A stretch of 64,000 nucleotides of DNA, from positions 1,966,806 through 2,030,805 of the forward strand of contig NW_003314271.1 in assembly GCF_000143415.4 (NCBI RefSeq), given 5' to 3'. A program made the translations under genes and the position numbers. Origin of the DNA: Selaginella moellendorffii (lineage: Eukaryota > Plantae > Lycopodiophyta). Positions 13,178 through 23,595 of this stretch are shown here, in pieces; position 1 is the stretch's first letter, and each line of letters opens with the position of its first letter. The notes below the pieces were generated by a model that was not told the DNA's origin, did no database searches, and saw only the letters and a program-made list of their open reading frames with translations.

Positions 13178-14840
13178 CATTACAGAAAGAGGTACGAGAG
13201 CTAGCAAACAAATTTTTTCTCCTTGGATGTCAGGTACAAATATGGAGCGTTAGCTCTACTGTAATTCTTTTCTGCTAGCAGGACAGTTTTGAAGATAACA
13301 CGATTCATAATTTTCCATTAGTATAATATTAGCTATGTAACTAGAGCTACGGAACATATGTGCAGGCAATTATAATACGTTTTCTTGTATTAATAAATTT
13401 AAGTTTAATTGCTAGGGCACTGCTGGTCTAGTCTCCCACGAGTTGGGCAGTACAAGTTTTATTTTGTGCAGTCTCTAGACAGTCACTTCCATGGACAAAT
13501 GTCTAGCTCTCTAAAACTTGGAACATCATGGGACTAAGAGAGGTACAAGAGTTTATTTGTAACATTAAAGATATGCCATGGCAAGAGTTTGTTTATCTTG
13601 GTTCCAAAACTTGGAAGTTATGAGTGTGGATTATATTTGAGTTCGCAAGTTGAAGAGTTAAGCTTATGAGTTGAACTCAAGTTTCAATTATACTTTAATA
13701 TGAACATTATAAACTTTAAAATATTAAGGTTATGGCAAATTTAATAATTTCACAATTCTTTACATTCTTTACATATTAGATAGATAAAAATGTTCTAAAG
13801 GACACTTCTTGTTCTAACAATTTAAATATTTACTACATGCTATAATAGGGATGTTTATTAGAACATAAACTAAAATATTTGCATAAAAAGTATCCTTGTC
13901 ACTTCTTTAAATTTGTACTCTATGCTTTCTAGCTAGTAAATGTCAAGTGTTATATAATTTTAAATTATTAAATTTGAAATAAAATTCTATATAAAACCAT
14001 ATAACCGTTTGAAAGGAAAAAAAAATCATTGATATAAAGTTGTTACATATAAAAGAGAGAGTTTGTTTTTCTCTAGAATACATTCTTGAGGGGTTTATCA
14101 TAGTATACTATCTAGAATTTATGGATCTTCAATCGCACTTTCATTCAAAAAAAAGGAAAATACACATAAATATTTATAGGTTCTTGTAATCTTTTTTCCT
14201 AAGATTCAAGGGCTAAGAGATGCAATAGTGATTTTATTGCACAACATAACCAAACCACGCAAAAGAAAGAAAGAAAATATATACATTAGTAGTGTTTTCC
14301 TAGATTTTATATAAATTAGTTGTTACTAAGTACATTATTACTTAACATTTTGATACGAAAGAGCTCACATCTCCCTTCTCTCTTTGATCAAAACAATTGT
14401 GTGTGCCATTTGTATATTCTGTCATAACAAAGCCAAGCCATTAATTTATCTTTTGCTCTTATCCTTTGTTACACCATGTAACATAAGATCACTACTTTCA
14501 TCCATGATACATTCTTTTGATTCCATAGCAAATGTTTTGCTTTGCTAAGTTTAAAAAGTTTTCACCCCTAGTAAGTCTCACTAATATTTTCTATTATGGG
14601 CTTTATTCATGCCTCAACTTTGTGATCCACCCATGAAGTTTACTACATAAACCTTACATAAGCCCTAAACTGGAAACAAATCCTTAAGTGTCCTAAGAGG
14701 TTAAGTAAGAAAAAATGCAATGTTGAGAATTTTTTTTTAACTATTATGACATAGTGAATGGTTTGCAGTGTTTAATTGCCACCAAACATAATTAGGAAAA
14801 AGGGACATCAACAATTTAATAGTAAACTAGTAAGTATAAT

Positions 14841-15016
14841 TGTGAGTGCTTAGAATATGGAAAGGGAATACAGAAATGTGCATATCTATTAACCCAAAAA
14901 ACCCTAGCTTATATATAGGAGTGAGTGGTCCGGATTGAAACCAATCCGACAGCTACCAAAATCCCACTATGCGAATATTAGTATACAACATCGTAGCCAT
15001 ACACTTGGCCCTCACA
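14841..15016 (-). repeat. 176-bp 3' LTR of the gypsy element at 15017-18880
   Basis: Bounded by inverted termini TGTGAG (14841) and CTCACA (15016). Contains a TATATATAA box. Preceded on the minus strand by the polypurine tract AGAGGAGGGGA (15020-15030). Confidence 0.75.
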
Positions 15017-18000
15017 TCATCCCCTCCTCTCGGAATAATGGAAGACCATCAGGGTTCTCTTGTAGACGGGCCGAGATCTGGAGGAACGTCAGGAGGAGGC
15101 ATTAGCGGATCTGTAGGTGGTATTAACTACTCCTGATCCCTTTGTATGAAGCGTTTCAACCATTGCACATGCACAATCTTTGGAGGATCGGTTTGCTGGA
15201 CGTCATGCCAAACCTCATAAACTTATGGTCCAACTTGCCGCAACACCTAATACGGCCCTTTCCACTGCGCAAGGAGCCCCTTAGATAAACCACATACCGT
15301 AAGATGGGGAAAACGGACTAACACCAAATCATCCACTTTATACTCCGTAGGAGGACCATGATGGGAGTTGTACCACTGTTGTTTTCCCACTTGTACACGG
15401 CCTAAGTGTTCGGCAGACTTTGCTCAGACAAGTGGAAGGATGCTCGTCAAATACTGATCCCATGACTTAGCATCAGCAGTTCGTGGCAATCGCGAAGGTA
15501 AACCCAGCTCCATTGGTAATATTGGATTATGACCATATAAGAGTTTATATGGTGAAGCACCAACAGAACTCTACACCCCTGTGACATATGCATACCGAAG
15601 ACATGGCAAATAACCATCCCAATTTGAATGCTGAAAGTTCACATACTTCACAATCATCCCCTTGAATGTCCGAACAAGCCATTCCACTAGACCGTTTGAT
15701 TGTGGATGATAAGCACTGGTGAAAGTGTGGCGTATCCCCAACCGAGACGTCAAAACATGAAATGCCTCAGCCATAAATGCAGGACCATTATCCGAAAGAA
15801 TCCGCTCTGGACAAAAATGCTGGAACACCACACGATTGAGGAGGAAGTATCCAATAGCAGTTGCAGAGGCACTAGCAAGAGCACCAATTTCCACCCAACG
15901 AGTCAAGTAGTCAGAAGCTACAATAACATATTCATTGCCAGCAGTCGACCGTGGAAAAGGTCCCATAAGATCAAATGCCACCAACTCAAATGGACGGGAA
16001 ACTGAAATTGACTTCAACTGTCCTTCCACAGCCCGAGGGGGAGTATTACGAGCTTAGCACCAAACATAGCTACACACATACTGGATAATATCACGTCGCA
16101 TCTCTGGCCAATAGAAAGACCTGCGCAACTTCTCGGTTACACGACGATGTCCCATATGCCCTCCTAGAACAAGAGAATCATGGTAGGCATGGAGAAACCG
16201 CGGAATAAAGATAGAAGGCACCACCAGCCGTAAATGATCATCAAGATCCATCCCCACAAAATAAAAAAGGCCGTCTTCAAGGCGATATTGAGAATGTAAA
16301 TGCCGGAAAGGCAAGTCATCAACAAGTGATGCAGGATTCTCAAACCCATCTCGAAGCCTGCGAATCCATAGCTCAATATTTTGAGCCTCGCGAACCTCAT
16401 CAAGAGAAGGTAGATCTTGCTCTGTGCCTTGTGGACACTGAACATCAAGTACAACAACCGCCGACGACACGAAATCCTCGTCTAGAAAATCCACAGAGGC
16501 TGGAACAACAGGCTCATCAGAAACATGAGAAGAGTATAGAGAAGAAAGAGGAGCTCGAGAAAGGGCATCAGCATCAGCCATAAAACTCCCTGGGCAATAA
16601 ACAACATCAAAATCATATATCTGAAGTTTCAAAGCCCATCGAATAGTACGACCAAAGAAATACGGTACCTAAGATAAGTTGTATCCTTGGACCCAAACAC
16701 GCACTTACCACTTCAGCTTTAAACCAACATCGTGTAGCCGATCTAACACTTTACAAACATCATGAACGTGCTCTTCCCACGTCCCCTCCGAGTGAATCAA
16801 GACATCATCAATGAAGTCAGTAATCATCTCTGGCATATCACAAAGAACCTCGTCCATCATTCGCTGGAAAGTTGCTAGAGCATTGTTCAAACCAAATGGC
16901 ATCACTAAGAACTCGTACAAACCAAATGGTGTACGAAAAATAGTCTTAGGAATATCTTCTTCGGCCATCGGTACTTGCCAATACCCAGAAGCAAGATCTA
17001 GCTTGGTGAACTAACGACTTCGTTCTAGACGATCCAAGAGATCAACAGTGTGAGGAAGAGGGTACACATCCGGGATCGTCACTTCATTTAACAGACGATA
17101 TTCGATGCAGAAACTAATACTCCCATCAGGCTTCATCACAAGATGAGGTTCACATGCCCAAGGACTCCACGACTTCTGAATAACACCCTTCTCCAACATC
17201 TCCTTGATGTTTGCATGTAAAATCTTGATCTCCTTGAGTGACCGACGATGAACAAGAACCTTGATTGGACAAGCATCCCTGGTGGGAATCAGATGACATG
17301 TGGCAATCTTGGCCCCAGACGATATGTTAAATTCAAAGAGATCAGAATACTCCTTCATGAACTGGTCAACAGCTGCAACACAAAGATCATCGGAGGGATT
17401 GGAAAAGGGAAGAGCAGAAAAAGATGGAAACATAGGAGGAAATAGTGGGGGAACAAAAGTAATGGAAGCAAAGGTAGAAGTAGAGGGACGAAGAGGTACG
17501 AAAGTGAGAGGAATGGATGAAACATAAGAAAATATGAGACAAGGGGGAGAAGCCTCAAAGTCACACTTTGCGTGATTGTGCTACAACCAATCCATACCAA
17601 GAATGAGGTCAAAAGCTTGACTCGGCACCACCTGCAATGACTGCAACTTAAGCTCGAGATCGCCCACACACACAACTAGGTCCGCCTCATCTCGTGCACA
17701 TGCATGTGTACGGCCGTTGCCATAAAGAATGAAAACTAGATTTGCTGCACGACGCAAGTGTAGATGACAATGTGTGGCAACAGGTCGAGCAATAGAAGAT
17801 AAACTCGAACCTATATCAACCAACACAGAGAGAATAATAGGAGACCTCTTGTTATAAAAACAAGCTTGGAAAGTAAACACTGGATGAACCGGTGCCAAGT
17901 GAACCCCTTGATAATATTCCCGAAAGAAAGATGGAGGGGTCACTAACTTATTCACGCAAGGTCCCTCCATTACTCGCGCGACTCCTCATTTCCCGGATGC

Positions 18001-18880
18001 ACCTCGGTATCCAAACCTTCCACTGCAGCAGCACTAACAAGACGTTGCTGACACCAAGGTCTCCACCCAGGAAATGGAGGTTGCCAATCCGGAAAGTGCC
18101 GAGAACGCCGATAAGTATGACCAACTTCATCACACGCCTAACAACGAACATCACGGCCACGTCCACGTCCTCGCCCTTGTCCTTGGACACGAGCAGCAGC
18201 AGCATCAACCTCCATTGGAACAGGACCATCACTCATAAGAAGTGGAGCGGAAGGACGTGCAGCAAGAAGTGGAAGAGGCGACGTCTCATAACGTTGTGCC
18301 AAGCGAAGAGCATCGTTAAGGGTGGCAAGAGCAAGTGCATGCACAAAGCCGACAAGATCTTGACGAAGTGCTGGCCACAACATTCCTAGCTTGATCCGCT
18401 CCGACATATTGGGCTCCACACGAAGCAAAAGACTTCGGAAATGAATGCCAAATTGCATCACTGACTCAGATGGCCTTTGGCGAAGACGATGCAATTGTTG
18501 GAAGGCATCATCACAATCGTCGGCATGTCCGAAGGCGTGTTTGAAGACGTCCAGAAGAACACTCCAATCCCCACGAGTGGCCACACTCAATCCATTGTAC
18601 CACTGCAATGCCATCCCTTGGAGACATGTGGGAAACTCACGCAAACGTCAAGCATCATCTCAAGGATGATATGTGGCAATCACCGTGAAATGATCGAACC
18701 AATAATACACATCATCCCTAAGATGCCCACGAAAGAACTCCGATCGAACACGAGGATTGGCACCAAAAGTAGGAGGAGTTGGACCACGTGCCGTGAATGC
18801 CACCATCAATTGAGTTTGGTTGTTCAATTGCAAGCACATAGCATCAATCAATTGGACCAACTGTTGCTCTAGAGTCAATA
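15017..18880 (-). mobile_element. Degenerate Ty3/gypsy retrotransposon (gag, protease, RT, integrase; RNase H mostly deleted; no 5' LTR seen)
   Basis: Gag (ALQWYNGL...LRQRPSESV, PVPMEVD). Protease (LVDIGSS, DLILGMDWL). RT (KTIFRTPFGLYEFLVMPFGLNNA, FIDDVLIHS). Integrase zinc finger (HDSLVLGGHMG...YWPEM..C) and core (AFDLMGPFP, ILSDNG, SAYHPQSNG). Confidence 0.92.
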
Positions 18881-19098
18881 GCAATAAATATTATAATGTA
18901 ATATCTTGTCCCTTGTAAAGCCTCTAGCTCTACATATTTTACAAATTCAATAGTTTATACAATGGAAAATTAGATGATGAGCAACACCTCTATTTCATAA
19001 GATTTGGTATTGCTTTTAAGTTTTATGAATTAAAAAATGATATTACTTTTGGCCATAGAATAAAAAAAATGTGTTATATTATTTTGAAGTGGAAAAAA

Positions 19099-20601
19099 TT
19101 ACAATATTATTGATTTTAACTGAATTCCCCAAGTAACATCTTGGCAGCTTTGAATATTATGTTGAACACTAAGAGCATCCTTTGGAGGCATACACTTACA
19201 TCCATATGTAACTTTCGCATGGAAGCAAGGCTCAAGTGACACCATCTTAGAGCAGTTCTTCTTGTTATCTAGGATCCAAGGCTTTATTCCTGCAAGGCCG
19301 TGGCCAACATATCCAAAAGTTGATCCAGGACTTGTTATTAGCTCATCACAGAAAGAAAGCAAAAACATCTCTGCAAGTGCTTTCTCTTCATGCTCTTGAT
19401 TGTCAACCTTTTGCTCATTCTCTTGGCTTGGAGTGAAAACTCGAACTAATGATCCATCTTCTGCAGAATTCAAGTAGAGTTCTCTCAACCTCTTAAAGTA
19501 CATCCCATCAAGTGAAGTCACTATAGCAGTAATGAATTGTGTGGGAATTCTAGAAGCTTGAGTTGAATTGTTGGACTTGATGGATTTTGGAAGGAGGCCA
19601 TTGTCTTGAGCACAGTCGATCATCTTGTTTAGAAAATGTTCATGACCATTAGATCCAAGGTGCTCTAGCAATCTCATTTGAATACCAACCACTTTACTTG
19701 CATTAGCTATGTAATCCTCATAAATTCTCACCGTTCTACTCCAAACTTGATTTGAGGGATGAAACAAATACCTTCCAAGGTGGTGAAACACAGTCTCTTG
19801 CTCTGGAAATAACATATCTAGTTCTAACTTGAAACTTGGAACGTTGTACAAGCTTGGAATGAAATAAAGATTAACAACGATTGCCAACCATGGGATTTTC
19901 TCACTTAACATCTGCTGCTCGTGCTCACAGAAAAACTTATCTCCAAGACCATCAAAACTATCAATAATTTCAATCAGACCATACCCTTGAACTTTGAGAT
20001 CACCCTTACAATTATCAAACTGAAGTCTATGCTTGGCATGATTGAACAAATAAATTGGAAAATCTGTGGAGAGAAACCAAGAACTGGTAGGAAAAGGCTC
20101 GCAAAATAGTTGTGCCATGTAATTCTCTGGCCCTGGCTCAATCAGCAAAACTCTATTTGTCAATAGAGCATAGGCAAAAGTAGCAGTGATGGAGATAATC
20201 TTGTTTCCGAGACCACTATAACTTTTCCACACTATAAACTTGCACCGGGAATCACTAGCATTACTTCTAAAATGATGGAAAGCTTCAACATAGTCATGAG
20301 TACAATGAGCATGGAGTTCTTCATATGCTCGAAGCCTTTTGAGAAGGTATGGTGATGGCACATATTGTGAGCTTTTCCTCCGATAGCGGTGCTGTTCGAG
20401 ACGGGACTTGCAATGATCATCCCTTTCTTTAACAAGAAGTAAACCATTAAAAGTTGTGTGATCAAATTGTTGATGATTTTGGCGAAGGTATTGCAAAAAC
20501 TTTTGCTTTTTCAATATCAAATCAAACACAGGGAAGTAAAGAGCAAAGATGAACACACAAAATACAATAAATATAAGCAATCTTCCTTTCATTTGCTTCA
20601 T
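19099..20601 (-). CDS. GT37 galactoside 2-alpha-L-fucosyltransferase (xyloglucan FUT1-like), intronless
   Basis: N-terminal transmembrane anchor, CKSRLEQHRYRRK..PSPYLLKRLRAYEELHAHC, SGLGNKIISI, LFCEPFPTSSW, TVFHHLGRYLFHPSNQVW, ALAEMFLLSFCDELITSPGSTFGYVGHGLAG, SLEPCFH. First ATG at 20601. Confidence 0.93.
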   Translation of the reverse strand: MKQMKGRLLIFIVFCVFIFALYFPVFDLILKKQKFLQYLRQNHQQFDHTTFNGLLLVKERDDHCKSRLEQHRYRRKSSQYVPSPYLLKRLRAYEELHAHCTHDYVEAFHHFRSNASDSRCKFIVWKSYSGLGNKIISITATFAYALLTNRVLLIEPGPENYMAQLFCEPFPTSSWFLSTDFPIYLFNHAKHRLQFDNCKGDLKVQGYGLIEIIDSFDGLGDKFFCEHEQQMLSEKIPWLAIVVNLYFIPSLYNVPSFKLELDMLFPEQETVFHHLGRYLFHPSNQVWSRTVRIYEDYIANASKVVGIQMRLLEHLGSNGHEHFLNKMIDCAQDNGLLPKSIKSNNSTQASRIPTQFITAIVTSLDGMYFKRLRELYLNSAEDGSLVRVFTPSQENEQKVDNQEHEEKALAEMFLLSFCDELITSPGSTFGYVGHGLAGIKPWILDNKKNCSKMVSLEPCFHAKVTYGCKCMPPKDALSVQHNIQSCQDVTWGIQLKSIIL

Positions 20602-20836
20602 AAGATCCACCCTCTTTTTTTTCAAACCAAATTAAGTAACCAAACCAAATCGGGTGAGATATTCTTATTTTGACATATAGATAGATAGTAGATAGATAGG
20701 ACCAGCGGACAGGGTTGATCAACAAAGAAAAGATGAACGTGTCAGAAAGGAAGAAGAGAAGCTCGCTCAGCCCGAAACGATGCTTATGAGGCTAGAAAAA
20801 CATATCAGTTTGATAAATGGTTAACATTTTACTAAA

Positions 20837-20906
20837 ACACTGTTGGTCTAGCGGTAGAATAGTTCCCTGCCACGGAACAGACCGGGTTCGATTCCCGGGC
20901 AGTGCA
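20837..20906 (+). tRNA. tRNA-Gly(GCC), variant or pseudogene
   Basis: ACACTGTTGGTCTAGCGGTAGAATAGTTCCCTGCCACGGAACAGACCGGGTTCGATTCCCGGGCAGTGCA. It has A/B boxes, anticodon stem GTTCC/GGAAC around GCC, T-stem CCGGG/CCCGG, and a TTTTT terminator at 20911. It also has an A1:C72 mismatch and a 3-nt variable loop. Confidence 0.85.
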
Positions 20907-20973
20907 ATCGTTTTTGTTGTTTATTTGGATAAGATTACTAGGAGTTTAGCAGAGTCGCTTCGGGAAAAAGGTC

Positions 20974-21614
20974 ATGGAGCTCCATTTTTTGGTGCTTGCG
21001 GTGCTCGGCGCCGTCGCATTGTGTGGCCGTGCCGACAAGACGTGTGAGGAATTAGGGTTCACTGGCCTCGCGCTTTGCTCCGACTGCGATGCCTTCGCCG
21101 AAATCGTCAAGGATCAAGGTAAAATTTGTTGCTGTTCTTCCATGATTGGTGAATTCATTTGATTCGATTCAAAGAGCTGGAATTGGACTGTCGAAAATGC
21201 TGCGCTGAAGAGAACGAGGAGTCGCTCAGCAAGGTATAGGGTTCTTCTGGAATGAATCCTGTTAATTTTTCTTTTTTTATTTTGTAGCTTACTTTCTCTG
21301 GAGCTCGTTTGGAAGTTTGTATGAGGAAGCTCATGTTTTACCCCCACGTCCAGACCTTTATCGAGAGCAAGCTGGAGAAATTCCCGGCCGTCCAAGCTCA
21401 ATATCGATTCAATGCGTCGCCCAAGCTCATACTTCTTGACGAGGATGGTAACGAGAAGGAAACAGTCAGGTTTGTGTCGATGAGAGAAAAAGAAAAACCC
21501 ATTCTTATCGGCTTGTTTTCGTTCGTCTTGCCTTGTAGGATTGACAATTGGAAAACGGAGCATATCGAGCAGTTCTTAGAACAAAAAGTGAAACCGAAGC
21601 ATACCGAGATCTAA
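20974..21614 (+). CDS. SEP15/SELENOF homolog (ER thioredoxin-like, non-selenium form), 4 exons
   Basis: Signal peptide, CEELGFTGLALCSDCD, DCRKCCAEE, GARLEVCMRKLMFYP, YRFNASPKLILLD, RIDNWKTEHIEQFL, C-terminal HTEI. Confidence 0.9.
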
Positions 21615-21765
21615 TCCGATATCACTTAGAAGACATTTTTTGGTAATGAGATTTTCGACAGGAGTTCTCTGTGAATCTAAAGCTGCGGTGAAACATGTGA
21701 GTTGTTTTTCATTTCAAGTGTTCCTGGTTGTTGCTTGTGAGCTCTTTCGAATTGTTTTGGCTCGT

Positions 21766-22162
21766 TTACACGTACTGTTCGTGTTTTAAGACTTCATCCA
21801 CAGCTTTCCGATTCGGCATACTTGGAATCGCTCCTTTTGCTCTCACGCACACTGATGCAGCAGCAGCTGAGAAGAAAACAACAGCAAGAACAAGATGGTC
21901 GAAAAACAAAACGCGAAAGACTGATTTCCCAATACCTGCAAATCTCAAGGCCTCGGCTGGCTCTTTGCCTTCGAGAATTGCGACCGTGAAGGCAGCAGTG
22001 AAAGTATCTCCAGCGCCTGTAGTGTCGACAACAGCCGGGGCTGGAATTGCTGGTTGGAGAATGGGACTCTCGTCAGCTTTTGCAAGCATAGAGCCTTGAA
22101 CTCCTCGCTTCACCAGAACTTGTTTCACTCCCTGTCACAAAGGTTTGTTTCTTAGTTTGATC

Positions 22163-22207
<45 letters not shown>

Positions 22208-23081
22208 ACCATGTCGAGGCACTTGTTTGCAGCACGGACGACTTCCTGCGTTGTCTCCGTCGGCATGCTCGTGAGACGAGCAAGCTCCGTCTCGTTTGGA
22301 CTCAAAACCGTGATATACTTGAGAAGTTCTTCCGGAATGGGCGAATCGAAGCCTCCTGCGTCCATGATGACGGGAATGTCCGCTTCTCTTGCAATCCGAA
22401 AAAGGCAACCGAAGTGTGAGCGAGCTTCGCAACGACGACCAAGGAAGAGAAACTCGGTAAAAATTCAACTTTGAGTACCTTTGCGGCTTCGATGTTGACA
22501 TCGTCTGGGATTTCTCTCTGCAGGAGAAGAGCGCCGGCTTTTCGAATGGTTTCCTCGGCCTGGACGGGAATGGTCGACGATCCCGTCCGCTTCTTCCACG
22601 CAGTGTTCGCGCCTCCAACAATGACGATGGAGTTTAGTCCATTCGGCTGGAGCATGACGATGGCATGACCTGTTGGCCCAGAGACTGTGTTGAGATAGTC
22701 GAGGCGAACTCCAGAGGTCTGTAGTGCATCTCTCAACATCGTCGCATTTCCATCTTTCCCGACCTGTAAGATCGAGACACAGTGTTCAATCCTTTTTTTT
22801 TATTGTACTTCCTTTCCAGGAACTTTGATCTTATCCTCGTGAGGAGCTAGAGTTTCCCGAAGATCTAGATCGCTTTCTCATACCTGGCCAACGAAGAACG
22901 TTGGGAAGGAGAGGCGAGCAGCGCAAGCGGCTTGATTCGCTCCCTTTCCTCCTGGTAAAGTTTGTCCATTCCTCGCAGCCAGCGTCTCGCCCTCCTTTGG
23001 CATTCGATCCAGCTCCACATACATGTCCGCATTCGCCGATCCCACCACGACCAGCGGCCGCGCCAGTAGAAGCTCGCCCAT
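21766..23081 (-). CDS. RBSK: Ribokinase (pfkB family), multi-exon
   Basis: LVVVGSANAD, GETL, PGGKGANQA, PTGHAIV, NSIVIVGGAN, LLQREIP, LSPNETEL, VDTTGAGDTF. Confidence 0.92.
22171..22202. repeat. (CT)n microsatellite in a ribokinase intron
   Basis: About 16 TC units seen directly. Confidence 0.9.
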
Positions 23082-23153
23082 ATCAATCTAATTGTCTCGT
23101 TGTTCCTAGCTAGGCTTTTAATACGCGAGGAAGAAGGGGTTGAATCATGTGTG

Positions 23154-23314
23154 GAATATGCCAAATGGCCCGCAGAATATACCACCGCGAGAATTTGCGG
23201 TGGAATATGCAAATTGCAAAAAACTTATCTATATGAGGTATCGAACACCTCACTCCACTTGAATCATATGATAGAATATGCGGAGATACTACCGCTATTT
23301 GCGGTGGAATATGC
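23154..23314. promoter_or_regulatory. Cluster of five P1BS (GNATATNC) motifs in the divergent ribokinase/RSH1 promoter
   Basis: GAATATGC at 23154, 23203, 23274 and 23307; GAATATAC at 23175. Confidence 0.6.
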
Positions 23315-23595
23315 TAAATTCATGGTTTGCCATGGGCAGGGATCGAACACCATACTCCACAGTCCACACGCTCCTTGCAAATATCTACGTGTGCCTATGG
23401 CCATGCTTGGGCAGTCCACACACACACGTCCTTCGTGCTCGACCTAGAACAGAGAAGCGCTACTTAGGGTTTTGGATTTTGTTTTGCCTGGCGCTGCAGT
23501 GCATGCCGAGGAGAGGGAGCGATTAGGGATTTTCGAGCGATTGGCAGCGCGCGGGCAGTGTCCGGGCATCGCATTTCGCGAATTGTGTAGCAGGC

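Noticed and set aside
21316-21330. TGA near the SEP15 active site read as selenocysteine
   Set aside because: The TGA in TGTATGAGG is out of frame; the reading frame gives C-M-R.
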